Shown here one piece after another: positions 24,810 through 38,591 of a stretch of DNA of 64,000 nt (within the stretch, counting starts at the first letter, position 1; every line of letters begins with the position of its first letter). A program made the translations under genes and the position numbers. The stretch comes from Felis catus. Its lineage: Eukaryota. The stretch is from positions 19,656,001 through 19,720,000 of the forward strand of contig NC_058369.1 of NCBI RefSeq assembly GCF_018350175.1, read 5' to 3'. Below the pieces are notes generated by a model. It was not told the origin of the DNA and ran no database searches. It was given only the letters and a program-made list of their open reading frames with translations.

Positions 24810-27731
24810 GATAAAAAGCTTCTGCCCAGTGAAAGAAACAATCAGCAAAACTAAAGGGCAGCCTAGAGAATGGGAGAAGATATTTGCAAATGATATATCT
24901 GATAAAGTATTAGTATCCAAAATTTATAAAGAACTTATTAAACTCAACACCTAAAAAACAAATAGTTCTGTTAAGAAATGGGCAGAAGGCATGAAGAGAC
25001 ACTTTTCCAAAGAAATCCAAATGGTTAACAGACACATGAAAAGATGGTCAACATCACTCATCATTAGGGAAATACAAATGCAAACCTTGATGAGATACCA
25101 CCTCACACCTGTCAAAATGGCTAAAATGACCAACACAAGAAACAACAGGTGTTGGTGAGGATGTGTAGAAAAGAGGAACACTCTTGCATTGTTGGTGGGA
25201 ATGTAACCTGGTACAGCCACTCTGGAGAACAGTATGGAGCTTCCTCAGAAAGTTAAAAATAGGACTGTCCTATGCCCTAGCAATTGCATTACTAGGTATT
25301 TGCCCAAAGGGTTAAAAAAATACAGATTCATAGGGGTACATGGACCGTAATGTTTATAGGAGCATTATCAACAAAAGCCAAACTGTGGAAAGAGCCCAAG
25401 TGTCTATTGACTGATGAATGGATGAAGATGTGGTGTATCAATACAATGGAATATTACTCAGCCATCAGAAAGAATGAAATCTTTTCCATGTCACCATTTG
25501 TGACAACATGGATGCAGCTGGAGTGTATTATGCTAATCAAAATAAGTCAGAGAAAGACAAATACCGTATGATTTCAGTCATATGTGGAATTTAAGAAACA
25601 AAACAAATGAACACATGGGAGGGGGCAAAAAGAGAGAGGGAGCAAACTATAAGAGAGTCTTAACAATAGAGAGCAAACTAAGGGTTGATGGTGGGAGATG
25701 GGTGTGAGGTAGGCTAGATGGGTGATGGGTATTAAGGAGCACTTGTTATGATACTCACTGGGTGTTGTATGTAAGTAATGAATCTCTGAATTCTCCTCCT
25801 GAAACTCATATTTCTCTGTATGTTAACTAAGTAGAACTTAAATAAAAATTAAAAAAAAAGAATACGTACATTTATTGATGAAGTTTACCTGTCTTATATG
25901 GTCACGGTTCATTGCACCCAATATAGTTACAATAGTAATATTAAATATCACTGGCCACAGATCAACATAACAAATAAAATAATGATGAAAAAGTTTAAAA
26001 TATTGCAAGAATTACCAAGATGTGACAAAGAGACATGAACTGAGCTAATACTGTTGGCAAAATGACAGTAATAGACTTGCTCAAGGCAGGGTTGTAACAG
26101 ACCTTCAGTTTGTAAAAAATGCAAAATCTGTGACGCACAATAAAGCAAAAGTGCAATACAATGAGGTATGCCTGTAGCAAACTTGAATATTGGAATTAAA
26201 GAAAGAAAACCCTTAAACTTGTAGCTGACCATGATTATGTACACTGTAAAGAATATAAAAAGAAATTACTGGAATTAATTATGTAGTTGGCAAGGTCTCA
26301 GAACAAAGCCAATGTATGTAAAATCAGTTGCTTATTTTTGTTTTTCTAATGAGCAATTTGTGCAATGAAAGAACATGCTTTACAATAATATCAGAAACAT
26401 TGAATACCTAGGGATAAATACAACAAAATTTGTAGGATATGTAGGAGCTCTAATTTGAAAATAACAAAACATTGTTGAGAAATTAAAGATCTAGATAAGT
26501 TGAGAGATAACATGTTCATTGGTTGGAGGACTTATTATTATTATCCCAGTCAATATCCTACCAGACTTTATTCTGCAGAATTTGAGAAGCTAAAATTTAT
26601 ATAGCCACAACAGTTTTTGAAAAGTGTAGTGTTGGAGAGTGTATGCAGTCTGATTTCCATACTTCTTTTGAAGGTACAGTGAGCAAGGTAGTATGGTTAT
26701 TGGTGCAAAGATAGACATTTAGATTAGTGGAATAGAACAGAGTCCATATATACATAACTGACTTATGTACATATTGATTTATTTATGTGTTACATGGACT
26801 CATGGATGTGGGGATTTTTGACAAAGAGACTATGTAATTGAGTGAATAATGAATGAACAATCTTTTAATCAAATGGTGCTAGAAGACCTTGATACTCATA
26901 CATAAAAATGAATCTTGACCTCCGCTCCACACCATATACAAAAACTAATTTGGAATGGTTCACAGACTGAAAAATCCTCTTTTTTTGCATTTATGAATCT
27001 ATTTTAGAAGTCTTTTCTTTTGATATAAAGCATGTAGTTGGGTCTTGCTATGCTTGTCAAACTGAAAATGTCTTTTAATGGTTGAATAAAGCCCATTGAC
27101 ATTTATAAATATGACTTAATTTTTGTGTTGACCCTGTCACATTTTAAAAAATAATTGATATATGAATTATACTTGTTATATTTTTTATAGTGTGATGTTC
27201 TCTACATCTTTCTGTGCCTTTGTTTTAATCTTTTAGGTATTTAGCAACACTTCTGTTTTTATCCAAGTAATACTTTTTTTCAAATGCCCTTAATGTCCTG
27301 TTTTAGGTTTTTTTTTTGTTTTTGTTTTTTTTACTATTTTTACTGTTTAGTTTGCCATTTTCCTGTGTTATCCTTTGACTCTTACCTTTATACAATAAAC
27401 AGTAAGCTAATTTCACTTTTCTTCTTCCTTCTCTTCCTTCCTTTAATATTTAGTTGCATTATTTGTATGTTGTCGAAACATACAAAATTTATATATTATT
27501 TTAATCCTCACTTCTTCCTCTTTTATTGGATCTATAATTAAATATATCAAATTCACAGTAATTTCCCTTGTAGTTCTTTCTCTAGTCATCTCTTGTTTGG
27601 ATGAGTCTCATTCTTTAGTAGTTTGTTCGAGAAAGGGAAATGGGTGTAGAATTTCTGGATTATTTAATGCCCAACACCTAAAAAAAATGTCTTGGTACTT
27701 GAAGGACAGCTTGGTTTGATAGACAATTCTT

Positions 27732-28199
27732 TTTTTTTTTTTTTTTTAATTTTTTTTTTCAACATTTATTTATTTTGGGGACAGAGAGAGACAGAGCATG
27801 AATGGGGGAGGGGCAGAGAGAGAGGGAGACACAGAATCGGAAACAGGCTCCAGGCTCTGAGCCATCAGCCCAGAGCCTGACGCGGGGCTCGAACTCACGG
27901 ACCGCGAGATCGTGACCTGGCTGAAGTCGGACGCTTAACCGACTGCGCCACCCAGGCGCCCCATAGATAGACAATTCTTTTTAAAAAAATTGTTTTTAAA
28001 CATTTATTTATTTTTGAGAGACAGAGACAGAGTATGAGCATGGGAGAGTTAGAGAGTTGGAGAGATACAGAATACGAAGCAGGCTCCAGGCTCCAAGCTG
28101 TCAGCACAGAGCTAGACACAGGGCTCGAACTCACAAACTGCGAGATCATGACCTGAGCCGAAGTTGGACGCTTAACCAACTGAGCCACCCAGGCGCCCC
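27732..28199 (-). mobile_element. Young Can-SINE (27732-27962) adjacent to an older Can-SINE (27982-28199)
   Basis: Target gatag(a/g)caattctt present three times (about 27718, 27966, 28205). Confidence 0.93.
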
Positions 28200-28766
28200 A
28201 GTTTGATAGGCAATTCTTGATTCATACATGCCTTCTTATGGTTTCTTGAAAATGCTGCTTTATTGTTACCTTGTTTTTGAGATTTCTGATGTCAGTGTAG
28301 TTTTCTTGTTTTCCTGATTTTTTTTGATGCCTTCAGGGATTTTTTTTTTCTTTAAAGTCTATTAGCTTTTCTAGGGCATGTCTCAAAGTTTTTCATTATG
28401 GGTCAATTTCCCAAGTGCCTGATGGATGATTTCAATACGTAGGTTCAGGTTTTCTTTTGTTTTAAGAAACCTTTTTCAAATTACAGTTTTAATTATTAGG
28501 CACATTCCAGTGTTTCGCTTTTAGCTTTTAGGAATTCCATTTAAACTTTAAGTTTAAAATATTCACTTGTCTTCCATTTCAACTACTTTCACTTTCACTT
28601 ATTTATCTCATTCATATTCTCATTTCCTTTTTTTTCTTCAATACACAGTATGAAGTTTTCATTCAAATCTGATCTTCATTTCTGATATGATTTTGACTTT
28701 TTCTTCTATTTTCACTGGATTTTTTTTTGAATCAACTTGTTTCTTTTCTTATTGTTTTCTGGTCCA

Positions 28767-28970
28767 TTTTTAAAGAACGTTTTGTTTTATTTATTTCTGA
28801 CAGAGAGATGGGGGAAGCAGAGAGAGGGAGAGAGGGAGAGAGGATCCCAAGCAGGCTCTGCTGTCAGAGTGAAGCCTGATGTGGGGCTCAAACTCACAAA
28901 CCATGAGATCATGACCTGAGCTGAAACCAAGAGTTGGATGCTTAACTGACTGAGCCACCCAGGCACCTCC
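28767..28970 (-). mobile_element. Older Can-SINE
   Basis: SINE body; TSD tttctggtc(c/t)attttt. Confidence 0.82.
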
Positions 28971-29454
28971 ATTTCTGGTCTATTTTTGTTTTTATTTTTC
29001 AAACTTATAATTCAAGGTTTTTTTTTTTTAATCCTCATATACTTAGATGCTACAAGTGTGTAGTTGTGAGTTACAGTTTTCTTCTGCTCCGTAGTTAATT
29101 TTTTGGCGGGTTGGTGAGGGGGGAACTTAGGACTTTTATTAGTTGAAGTGTTTTCAGCTTTGCTTTTCTTTTTCCTCATAGTAATTTCATATAGATGAAG
29201 AATGTTTCTTCATCATTTCATGAGCACAGCTGGTTTTTGGCATGGTTTATAAGATTCCTGGTTCAGAAGTGATGTTTTCTGTTGTAGCAAAGTATAATCT
29301 CTTTACTGGTTCTCTTTTGAGTGAGTGTTGGTGGTGAAGGTTATATGTCTTTTGACTTTTCTTTCTTTGTTTTTTTTTTAAGTTATTTTTTCAGGATCCT
29401 AAATTTCCCTCTTTTTTGTCCCTTCATTTTACCATTTAAGAAGATTGCCTTTCC

Positions 29455-29647
29455 CGGCACCTGGGTGGCTTAGTTAGGCGTCTGACTTTTGCTCCAGTCA
29501 CGATCTTATGGGTTTCTGGGTTCGAGGGCTCTGAGCAGACAGCTCAGAGCCTTGAACCTGCTTTGGATTCTGTGTCTCCTTCTCTCTCTGCTCCTCCTCT
29601 GCTTGTGCTCTGTCTCTCAAAAATAAATAAGATATTAAAAAAAAAAA
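29455..29647 (+). mobile_element. Can-SINE
   Basis: TSD aagattgcct flanks both ends. Confidence 0.82.
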
Positions 29648-30384
29648 GATTGCCTCTCCATTATCCCCTGAATAAATCCCTTCCTAAGACAGTTTTTTTA
29701 GTTTCATAGCCACTTTTAAGCACTTTCTCTAAGTTTACACTGATCTACTAGAGTTCTTTTTTCAGTAGTTTTCCCCTTGGAATGGATTTTCTCTTTTTGG
29801 GGCTGATTTTTGTTCAATCTTATTTCATCCATCTTCCTCTCTTTTTTTCATTGCGGTACACCCCAACCACCCATTTGATCGCTACAAAGGGTTGGAGTGA
29901 GAATTCTGAAAACATTTCTGCTGGAAATTGGTATTTATTCTACTTATAGGTAATTTGAAGTTTTTAGTGTTTTGTATCTTTTAGTTGTGTTGACAATGTG
30001 GAATTTTTGTGATTTTACTTCTTTTCCTTTGTGGTCTGTAGAGTTTGGGAGGATTTGTTGTGATTTGGATTTATGTAACTGCCATTACCCCAGTAGTCAA
30101 AGATGGAAGCTAATGACAGTCTTGAAGGTTTTATAAATCTCAAAATCGTGTAAGCAGCAGTAATTATTATGTAGTTGCTAGTGTTATGTAGCAAATTTTT
30201 AATAATTATAAAAGCATCCAGGTTGCAGTGGTATTCAGTTGGTTATCCTTCTGCATTGTTTTCATTTGAAGACTTACTGCCCTGACTACATGCTGTTCAT
30301 TTCACAGTATGCCTTATAACTCACCTTTGTAATGGGATCCTATTCTTGTCTTTCCCAAATGATATCATAAAGTATTTTTAAATC

Positions 30385-31545
30385 ATGTATCTAATAAGAG
30401 GGTAATATCTAAAATATGTAGAGCACTCATACAGGTCAATAAAAAAAATCTGATTTAAAAATGGGCAGAGGAACTGAATGGACATTTTCCAAAGAAGATC
30501 TACAAATGACCAAGAGGTACATGAAAAGATACTCAAAATCACTAATTATCAGAGAAATGAAAATCAAAACTACAGTGAAATATCACCTCACATCTGTTAG
30601 AATGGTCATTCTCAGGGGCCCTTGGCTGGTACAGTCAGTAGAGCGTGTGACTCTTGATCTTGTGGTTGTGAGTTCAGGCCCCATGTTGGGTAGAGATTAC
30701 TTAAAAATAAAATCCTTAAAAAATAATAAAATCTTAAACAGAAGGAATGGTTATCATCAAAAAGGCAAGAGATGTGTTGATGAGGATGTGGGGAAAAGGG
30801 AACTCTGGTGCACTGTTAGTGGGAGTGTAAATTGGTGCATTTACTATGGATAATAGTATGGACGTTCTTCCAAAAATTGAAAATAGAACTACCATATGAT
30901 CCAGCAATTCCACTTATAGGTATGTACATAAAGGAAATGAAATTACTATCAGGAAGAGATAACTTAATCTCCAAGTTCATTACAGCATTATTTACAATAG
31001 CCAAGAAATGGCTACATCCTAAGGGTCCATTGACAAATGAATGGATAAAAAAAGTGGTACCTTGGAATGTTATTCAGCCGTAAAAAAGAAGGAAATCTTG
31101 CCATTTGTAACACAGGTGAACCTTGAGAACATTATGCTAAGTGAAATAAATCAGGCAGATAAAGAAAAATACTTTGATATCTAAAACCTCAAATTCGTAG
31201 GAATAGAACACATTGGAGGTTGCTAGAGACAGGGGATGGAGAATGGGGAAAATGGGTGAAGATGGTCAAAAGGTACAAACTTCTTTTTATAAGAAAAATA
31301 AGTTCTGGGGATGTAATGGACCATATGGTGACTATAGTTAACAATACTGTGTTTTACATTCGAAAGTTGCTAAGAGTAAGTCTTAAAAGTTCTCACCATG
31401 AGAAAAAAAACATTGTAACTGTGTGAGGTGATGAATATTAATTGAAGTTATTGTGGTAATCATTTTGAAATATATATTGAATCATTAAGTTGTACACCTT
31501 AAATTAGTACAGTTATAGTTGTATCTCAGTAAAACTAGAAAAAAG
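30385..31545 (+). mobile_element. L1MA-like 3' end with a short SINE (about 30614-30735)
   Basis: ORF2 C-terminal remnants ([14 protein letters not shown]) and an L1MA-type 3'UTR (aaagttgctaagagtaagtcttaaaagttctcacc). Confidence 0.8.
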
Positions 31546-31793
31546 AGATTAGAAAAGCTAAAATGCAGTTCTGTGAAATATTGACATAAGCAAGGCAGAA
31601 AAGGAGAAACAGAAGAACAAAAACCAGGGGCAATAAATAGAAAAATAACTAAATAACAATCACAAACCCAGTTATATAAAATAATCATGTTAAATGTTAG
31701 TGCACTAAATATTCCAGTTAAAAGGAGGGCTTAATTAAAAAAAAAAACAAGACCCAACTATATATATGAAACTACCTATAAATGAAATTCATT

Positions 31794-31828
<35 letters not shown>

Positions 31829-33568
31829 TAAATATATTTATTTTGAGAGAGAGAGTGTACACACATGAGGGAGGGGCAGAGAGAAAAGGAGAAAGAGAAT
31901 CTCAAGCAGATTTCACACTGTCAGCACAGAGCCCAACATGGGGCTTAATCTCATGAATTGTGAGATTGTGACCTGATCCAAAATCAAGAGTGGGATGCTT
32001 ACTGACTGAACCACCCAGGCACTCCAAAACTCACTTTAAGTATAAATATATAAGTGGTCTGAAAGCAAATGAATGGCAAAAGATACATCATGGTAGCAGG
32101 AGGTATAAGGAGATGGAGTGGGTATATTAATACCATAGAAATGATTTAAGGTTAACAGAAATAATGAGGAACATTTCATAATAATTAAGAGTCAATCCAT
32201 CAGTTTCTCCTTTCAGTTACAGTTGACATAAAACTAAAAATCAGTAAATCAGTAAAAGCAAAGATCTGAACATTACCAACTTACCTTGACATTGATATAT
32301 ATAGGATACTACACTCAACAACACAAATGCAGATTCAAATGCACAGATTCAAATTATGTTTACTAGGATATATCCTATTTTGGGTTTTAAAACAATATGT
32401 AATAAATTCAGAAAGATTGAAATCACAGAGTGTGTTCTCTGAAAACAGAATTAAGTTAGACATCAGTAACAGCTGTGAAAATCTCAAAAATTTGGAAATT
32501 AAAACATTTCTCAATAATACTGTGATCCAGGATGAAATCATGGGGTGCCTGGGTTGCTTAGTTGGCTAAAGGTCCGACTCTTGATTTTGGCTTAGGTCAT
32601 GATATCACAGTTTGTGGGATTGAGCCCCTCACTGGCAGCACGGAGCCTGCTTGGGATTCTCTCTCTGCCCGTCCCCGCACTCCCCTCCCTCCACCCCCCC
32701 CGACTGTCTCTCTCTCTCTTTCTCAAAAATAAATAAACATTAAAAAAGGATGAAATCCCAAGTGAAATATGGGAATATTTGGAACTGAATAATGATTAAT
32801 ACAACATATCAAAATTTGTGGGTTGCAGCCAAAGCCATACTTAGTGGGTAACATGTAGCTTTAAATGCTTATATCAGCAAATGAGAGATCTAAAATCAAT
32901 GATGTACAAAATAAAAATCAGTGATCTGAGTTCCCACCTTAAGTAATTAGAAAAAGGAAAAGCATATTAAGTCCAATTTAAGTAAAAGTAAAGAAGGATA
33001 GCATAAATCAGTAAAATGAAAATAGAAAAACAATACAAGAAATCAATGGAAATGAAAGCTTGTATATTGAAAAGAGAAAGTCACTAAGCTTACAGACTGA
33101 TAGAAAAAAGAGTGGAGACACCAATTACCAATATGAAGAAGAAAAGAGTGTACCACTACAGATCCTACAGATATTAAAAGGATAATAAGGGAATATTATA
33201 CATTTTATGCTTATGAATTTTGCACCTAAGGTGAAGTGGAAGATTCTTTGAAATATACAAATAACAAAAGTTATTCAAAGAGTAATAGGAAACTATAATA
33301 GCCATATAGCCACTAAAGAAATAGAATTTGTAATTAAAAACTGTTCCACAAAAATACTCCAGGCCCAGATGGCTTTAATGACAAATTATATAAAACATTT
33401 TAGGTAGAAATGATACCAATCCTAAACAAATTGTTTCAGAAAAGAGAGGAGAGAACAGTTCCCAATTTATTATTGGAACTGATACTAACTAATACCAAAA
33501 TCAGACAAACATATTACAAGACAACTACAGACCAAAATTCATCATAAACGTTGGCACACAAATCTTTT

Positions 33569-33797
33569 TTTTTTTTTTAATTTTTTTTCAACGTTTATTT
33601 ATTTTTTTTTGGGACAGAGAGAGACAGAGCATGAACGGGGGAGGGGCAGAGAGAGAGAGGGAGACACAGAATCGGAAACAGTCTCCAGGCTCTGAGCCAT
33701 CAGCCCAGAGCCTGATGTGGGGCTCGAACTCACGGACCGCGAGATCGTGACCTGGCTGAAGTCGGACGCTTAACCGACTGCGCCACCCAGGTGCCCC
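33569..33797 (-). mobile_element. Young feline Can-SINE
   Basis: TSD ggcacacaaatctttt at 33553-33568 and 33798-33813. Confidence 0.95.
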
Positions 33798-33813
33798 GGC
33801 ACACAAATCTTTT

Positions 33814-34054
33814 TAAAAAATATTTATTTATTTACATCCAAGTTAATTAGCATGTAGTGCAACAATGATTTCAGGGGTAGATTCCAGTGATTCATCCCCT
33901 ATGTATAACACCCAGTGCTCATCCCAACACGTGTCTTCCTTAATGTCCCTTAACCCATTTAGCCCATCTCTCCTCCCACGGGATATCCCCTCCAGGGACC
34001 CTCTGTTTGTTCTCCTTATTTAAGAGTCTCTTATGTTTTGTCTCCCTGTTTTTA
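33814..34054 (-). mobile_element. L1 3' tail
   Basis: Carnivore L1 3'UTR antisense; distal TSD copy tggcacaaaaatcttt at 34055-34070. Confidence 0.85.
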
Positions 34055-34644
34055 TGGCACAAAAATCTTTAATACAGTTTTAGTAAATTAAGTACAAAGG
34101 TATATAAAAATGATAATACATCATCAACAATTAGGGTTTATCAAGAGAATGTGAAGGTTGGTTTAATATTAGAAAATCATTCAGTTTAATTTGCTGTCTT
34201 AATAGGATAAATAAGAAAAATCATATAATTTTCATAAATGCAAAAAAGTATTTGACAAAATTAAACATTCATGACAAGAACTCTCAGTAAACTGAGAATA
34301 AAAATGGCCTTGCAGCTTCATTAAGGGGCATTTACAAAAATTCTATAGCTAACGTAACTCTGTTGTGACTATTTCAGCGCTTTTCACTAAGATCATGATC
34401 TGTAAAAGTCTAAAGCTGATGTCATAAGTAATGATGAAACCATACATTTTTTTCCTCTTAAGATTAGAAACAAGGCAAGGCTGTCCATTCTCGCTTTTTC
34501 TATTCAGTATTGTATGGTGGTACTAGTTATTGCAATACAACAGTAAAACACACACACACACACACACATTGTAAATATTGGAAAGGAAAAGCTAAAACTC
34601 TTTTACTTTTTACTTTTTATTATTTTTTTAGAAGTATTTATTTT

Positions 34645-34675
<31 letters not shown>

Positions 34676-35067
34676 AAGTGTGAGCTGGGGGAGGGGCAGA
34701 GAGAGAGGAGAGAGAATCCTATGCAGGCTCTGTGCTGTGAGTGTGGGAGCCTGATGTGTGGCTTGGTCTTACAAACCCTGAAATCATGACCTGAGCTGAA
34801 ATCAAGAGTTGGACACTTAACCAACTGAGCCACCCAAGCACTCCTAAAACTCTTTTATTTATTTTTTATTTTTATTTTTCTAAAATTCTTTTAAATGCAC
34901 ACATGATTGTGTATGTAGAATTCCCTAAGGAATCTAGGGAAAAAAGCTGTTAGAACTAATAATTGAATTTAGTAAGGTCACAGGCTGTAAAGTCAGTATA
35001 CAAAGCCAATAATATTTTTATGTTAGCAGTGGGCAATTATAAATGGAATTATAAAACAACTTCTTTT

Positions 35068-36130
35068 GCTAAAGAGACTGTCTTTTTTCCATTGGATACT
35101 TTTTCCTGCTTTGTCAAAGATTAGTTGGCCATACATTTGTGGGTCCAATTCTGGGTTCTCTATTCTATTCCATTGGTCTGTCTGTTTTTGTGCCAATACC
35201 ATACTGTCTTGACATACTGGATAAAGGGCTAGTATACAAAATCTATAAAGAACTCACCAAACTCCACACCTGAAAAACAAATAATCCAGTGAAAAAATGG
35301 GCAGAAGACATGAATAGACACTTTTCCAAAGAAGACATCCAGATGGCCGACACATGAAATGAGGCTCAGTGTCACTCATCATCAGGGAAATACAAATCAA
35401 AGCCACAGAGAGATACCACCTTACACCGGTCAGAGTGGCTAAAGTGAACAAACAGATCAGGAAACTATAGATACTGGAGAGGATGTGGAGAAATGGGAAC
35501 CTTCTTGCACTGCTGGTGGGAATGCAAACTGGTGCAGCTGCTCTGGAAAACAGTGTGGAGGTTCCTCAAAAAATTAAAAATAGAACTACCCCATGACCCA
35601 GCAATAGCACTGCTAGGAATTTACCCAAGGGATACAGGAGTGCTGATGCATAGGGGCACTTGGACCCCAATGTTTATAGCAACACTTTCAACAATAGCCA
35701 AATTATGGAAAGAGCCTAAATGTCCATCAACTGATGAATGGATAAAGAAGATGTGGTTTATATATACAATGGAATACTACTTGGCAATGAGAAAGAATGA
35801 TATCCTGCCATTTGCAGCAATGTGGATGGAACTGGAAAGTATTATGCTTAGTGAAATAAGTCATACAGAGAAAGACAGATACCATATGTTTTCACTCACA
35901 TGTGAATCTTGAGAAACGTAACACAAGACTGTGGGGGAGGGGAAGGGGAAAAAAAGTTACAGAGAGGGAGGGAGGCAAACCATAAGAGACTCTTAAGGAC
36001 TAAGAACAAACAGGGTGGATGAGGAGTGGGGGAGGGGAAAGTGGGTGATGGGCAGGAAGGAGGGCACCTGTTGGGATGAGCATTGGGTGTTGTATGGAAA
36101 CCAATTTGACAATAAATTATATTTAAAAAA
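35068..36130 (+). mobile_element. 5'-inverted (twin-primed) truncated L1: 35068-35212 antisense, 35213-36130 sense
   Basis: Antisense ORF2 piece ([14 protein letters not shown]) fused to a sense ORF2 end and 3'UTR; TSD aaaaca(a)cttctttt at about 35053-35067 and 36128-36141. Confidence 0.9.
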
Positions 36131-38412
36131 ACACTTCTTTTATGATAGCATTAAAAAATACTTAGGAAAAACAGAGTGCCTGGGTGGCTCAGTTGGTTAA
36201 GCGTCCGACTTCGGCTCAGGTCATGATCTCATAGCTCATGAGTGCAAACCCCGTGTCATCACCCCTGTGATGATGGCTCGGAGCCTGGAGCCTGCTTCAG
36301 ATTCTGTGTCTCCCTCTCTCTCTCTCTCTTCCCCTCCCCCACTCACACTCTGTCTCCCTCTCTCTCTCTCTCAAAAATAAGTAAACATTAAACAAAATAA
36401 AAAAAATACTTAGGAACAAAATAGGGAATGATTTGCAAGACCTGCAAACTGAAAACTGCAAAATATTGCAAAGTGATATTAAAGGAAACTTTAATATATG
36501 CAGAGACAAATTATGTTTATTGGAAGTTTCAGTGTTGTTAAGATGGCAGTTCTTTTCAAACTGACGTATAGATTCATTACAAAGTCAAAGCTTAGGAGAC
36601 TTTTTCTTGAATAAGTTGAGAAGCTGATTTTAAAATTTATATGGAAAGACACCATACAATAGTAAAAACAATCTTGAAAAGGAAGAATAATACTATACGA
36701 TACACAATATCTGATTTTTTTCCTTTTTCTTTTTTTCTTTATTTTTTTTTAAAGTAGTCTCCATGCTGACCGTGGAGTCCATCACGGGGCTCAAACTCAC
36801 AACCCTCAGATCAAGACCCAAGCTGAAATTGAGTTGTACACTCAACCAACTGAACTAACCAGGCACCCCTTACAATACCTGATTTTAAGACTGGGTGATG
36901 GGCATTGAGGAGGGCACTTGTTGGGAGGAGCACTGGGTGTTGTATGTAAGTGATGAATGGGAAGCTACCCCCAAAACCAAGAGCACACTGTATACACTGT
37001 GTTAGCTAACTTGACAATAAGTTATATATTTATATACTTACTTACATCAAGCTACTGTAATTAAGACAATGTAGTATTGTAGAACTATTGACATAGAGAT
37101 CAATGAAATTAGATAGAATCCAGAAGTAGACCCATACTTATATGTTCAATTGATTTTGACAAATGAGCTAAGTCAATTCAGTGGGGGAATGGATAGTCTT
37201 TTCAAGAAAGGGTATAGGAACAGTTGGATTTCTGTATGAAAAGTAACCTCAACCTTTTTCTTAAGGCAAAATTAACTTGAGATGTGTCACAAACTTAAGA
37301 GTCAAAACTATTAAATTTCTAGAGGAAAATGAAGAAGAATATCTTTGTGACTTTACGTTAGAGATTTCCTAAATAGGACACAAAAGGCATAAAGTATGAA
37401 AGGAAAAATTTTGATGACTTGCACTGCATCAAAATTAAAAATTTTGCTTTGCAAAGGACACAGTGAAGAAAGCAAAAAGGCATCCGCAGTCCTGGAGAAA
37501 TTATTTGCAGAACATTTGTATGGCAGATGATTTGTAATCTCAAAACCCAATAATAACAACAAAAGAATGGGCAAAAGGTTTGAACAGTCTTTACAAAAGA
37601 AAACATAACCAATGGTCAATGAACTGAGCCATTGGTTCAGATGTGTCCACATCTGCATCATCCAGTGGTCATTTTGGCATTGGGTGAATAGACAAAGTGT
37701 GGTGTGTCTATAGAATAAAGTACTACTTAACAATTAAAAGGAATGAACTGTTGATACATGCAACAATTTGAGTGAGTTTCAGGGGGGTTAATGCTGAATG
37801 AAATAAGTCCATCAAAATGGTTACATAGTGTATGACTTTATTTTTATGACATTCTCCAAAAGACAAAACTATAATGGACAGAAGACAGATCAGCAGTTGC
37901 CCTGAGTAGAGATGAGGGAAGGTGAGACTTGAAAGAGAGTATAAGGGAGTTTCTTTTGGGGTAAATGGAACTGTTCTGAATATGGTTTGTGGTTATAGTA
38001 GCACAAATCTATGGATGTGCTGATTCCTAGAACTATATACCAAAAGAAAAAGTTTCACCTTATAATTTAAAAAAAAAAGTTAAGTCTAAGATTCATCAGT
38101 ATTTTGTGTAGCTCTAGTATATTGTACTTCATTAATCCATTCTTCTGTCAGTTCATATTTTTTTCCCTTCTCTTTTGTTATTAGGGGCAGTGCTGCTATG
38201 AACCTTCTTGTGTTGCCTCCTGGCATACATGTATTTTTTTTTAGGGTATGTGATTAGGAAAGGAATTGCTGAATTGTGGCATATGCAAGTTCCAATCTGA
38301 GAAGATAATGCCAAATTGTTTTCCAAAGTGCTCTCAGTTTACATTTTTTTCCTACAGCCTATAAACTTTTTGCATGTCTGAGAATATCTTCGTTTTTAAA
38401 AAATTTTTTTCT

Positions 38413-38552
38413 TAAAAACTGAGAATAAACTGAGGGTTGATGGGGAATGGGAGGGAGGGGAGGGTAGGTGATGGGAATTGAGGAGGGCACCTGTTGGGAG
38501 GAGCATTGGGTGTTGTATGGAAACCAATTTGACAATAAATTTCATACTAAAA
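38413..38552 (+). mobile_element. Short L1 3' tail
   Basis: aaaactgagaataaactgagggttgatggg ... tttgacaataaatttcata matches the young L1 3'UTR. Confidence 0.85.
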
Positions 38553-38591
38553 ATTTTTAAAAAAATATTTATTTATATTTCAGAAAAGAGA

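Larger units (their letters stand above)
17567..25858 (+). mobile_element. Older full-length carnivore L1 (decayed ORF1 from about 19782, ORF2 from 21180) carrying 8 SINE insertions
   Basis: Starts ggaggagttAAGATGGC. ORF1 remnant (TRWRNSPQKKE...NIHIIGVPE) and ORF2 remnants ([27 protein letters not shown]); poly(A) near 25851-25858; diverged TSD agaacacacacaatatttact / agaatacgtacatttatt. Confidence 0.92.
13236..26174 (-). mobile_element. Full-length Tigger1 (pogo-like) DNA transposon in five pieces (about 13236-13414, 13735-14180, 14390-14695, 16421-17566, 25860-26174)
   Basis: Terminal inverted repeats CAAGCATACCT at 13236 and AGGTATGCCTG ending at 26174, each flanked by TA. Transposase remnants: SLTLNQKLEIIKLSEEGM, NAKEMFWKEIESATPVN, ILIDNAADHP, EMTTKDLEYYIN. 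Pieces sum to about 2.4 kb. Confidence 0.93.
700..26970 (+). mobile_element. Ancient L1M host element, fragmented (about 700-1620, 2860-3401, 9591-10360, 11135-11166, 12240-13235, 26177-26970)
   Basis: Degenerate ORF1 (INIWVLGIP) then ORF2 segments in colinear order (DWIKKQ near 2990, TKIDHM near 9880, NLW near 10315, RT region to IRQEK near 13220, resuming near 26190) across the later insertions. Confidence 0.7.
31550..38078 (+). mobile_element. Ancient L1M ORF2-to-3' end with nested SINEs (about 31790-32026 -, 32542-32746 +, 33569-33797 -, 34600-34844 -, 36173-36407 +, 36715-36869 -) and L1 pieces
   Basis: Colinear degenerate ORF2 (aaacaagacccaactata; caaaatttgtgggttgcagc; ccaggcccagatggcttt; tttgacaaaatt), old 3'UTR and poly(A) at 38069-38078. 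Confidence 0.72.
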
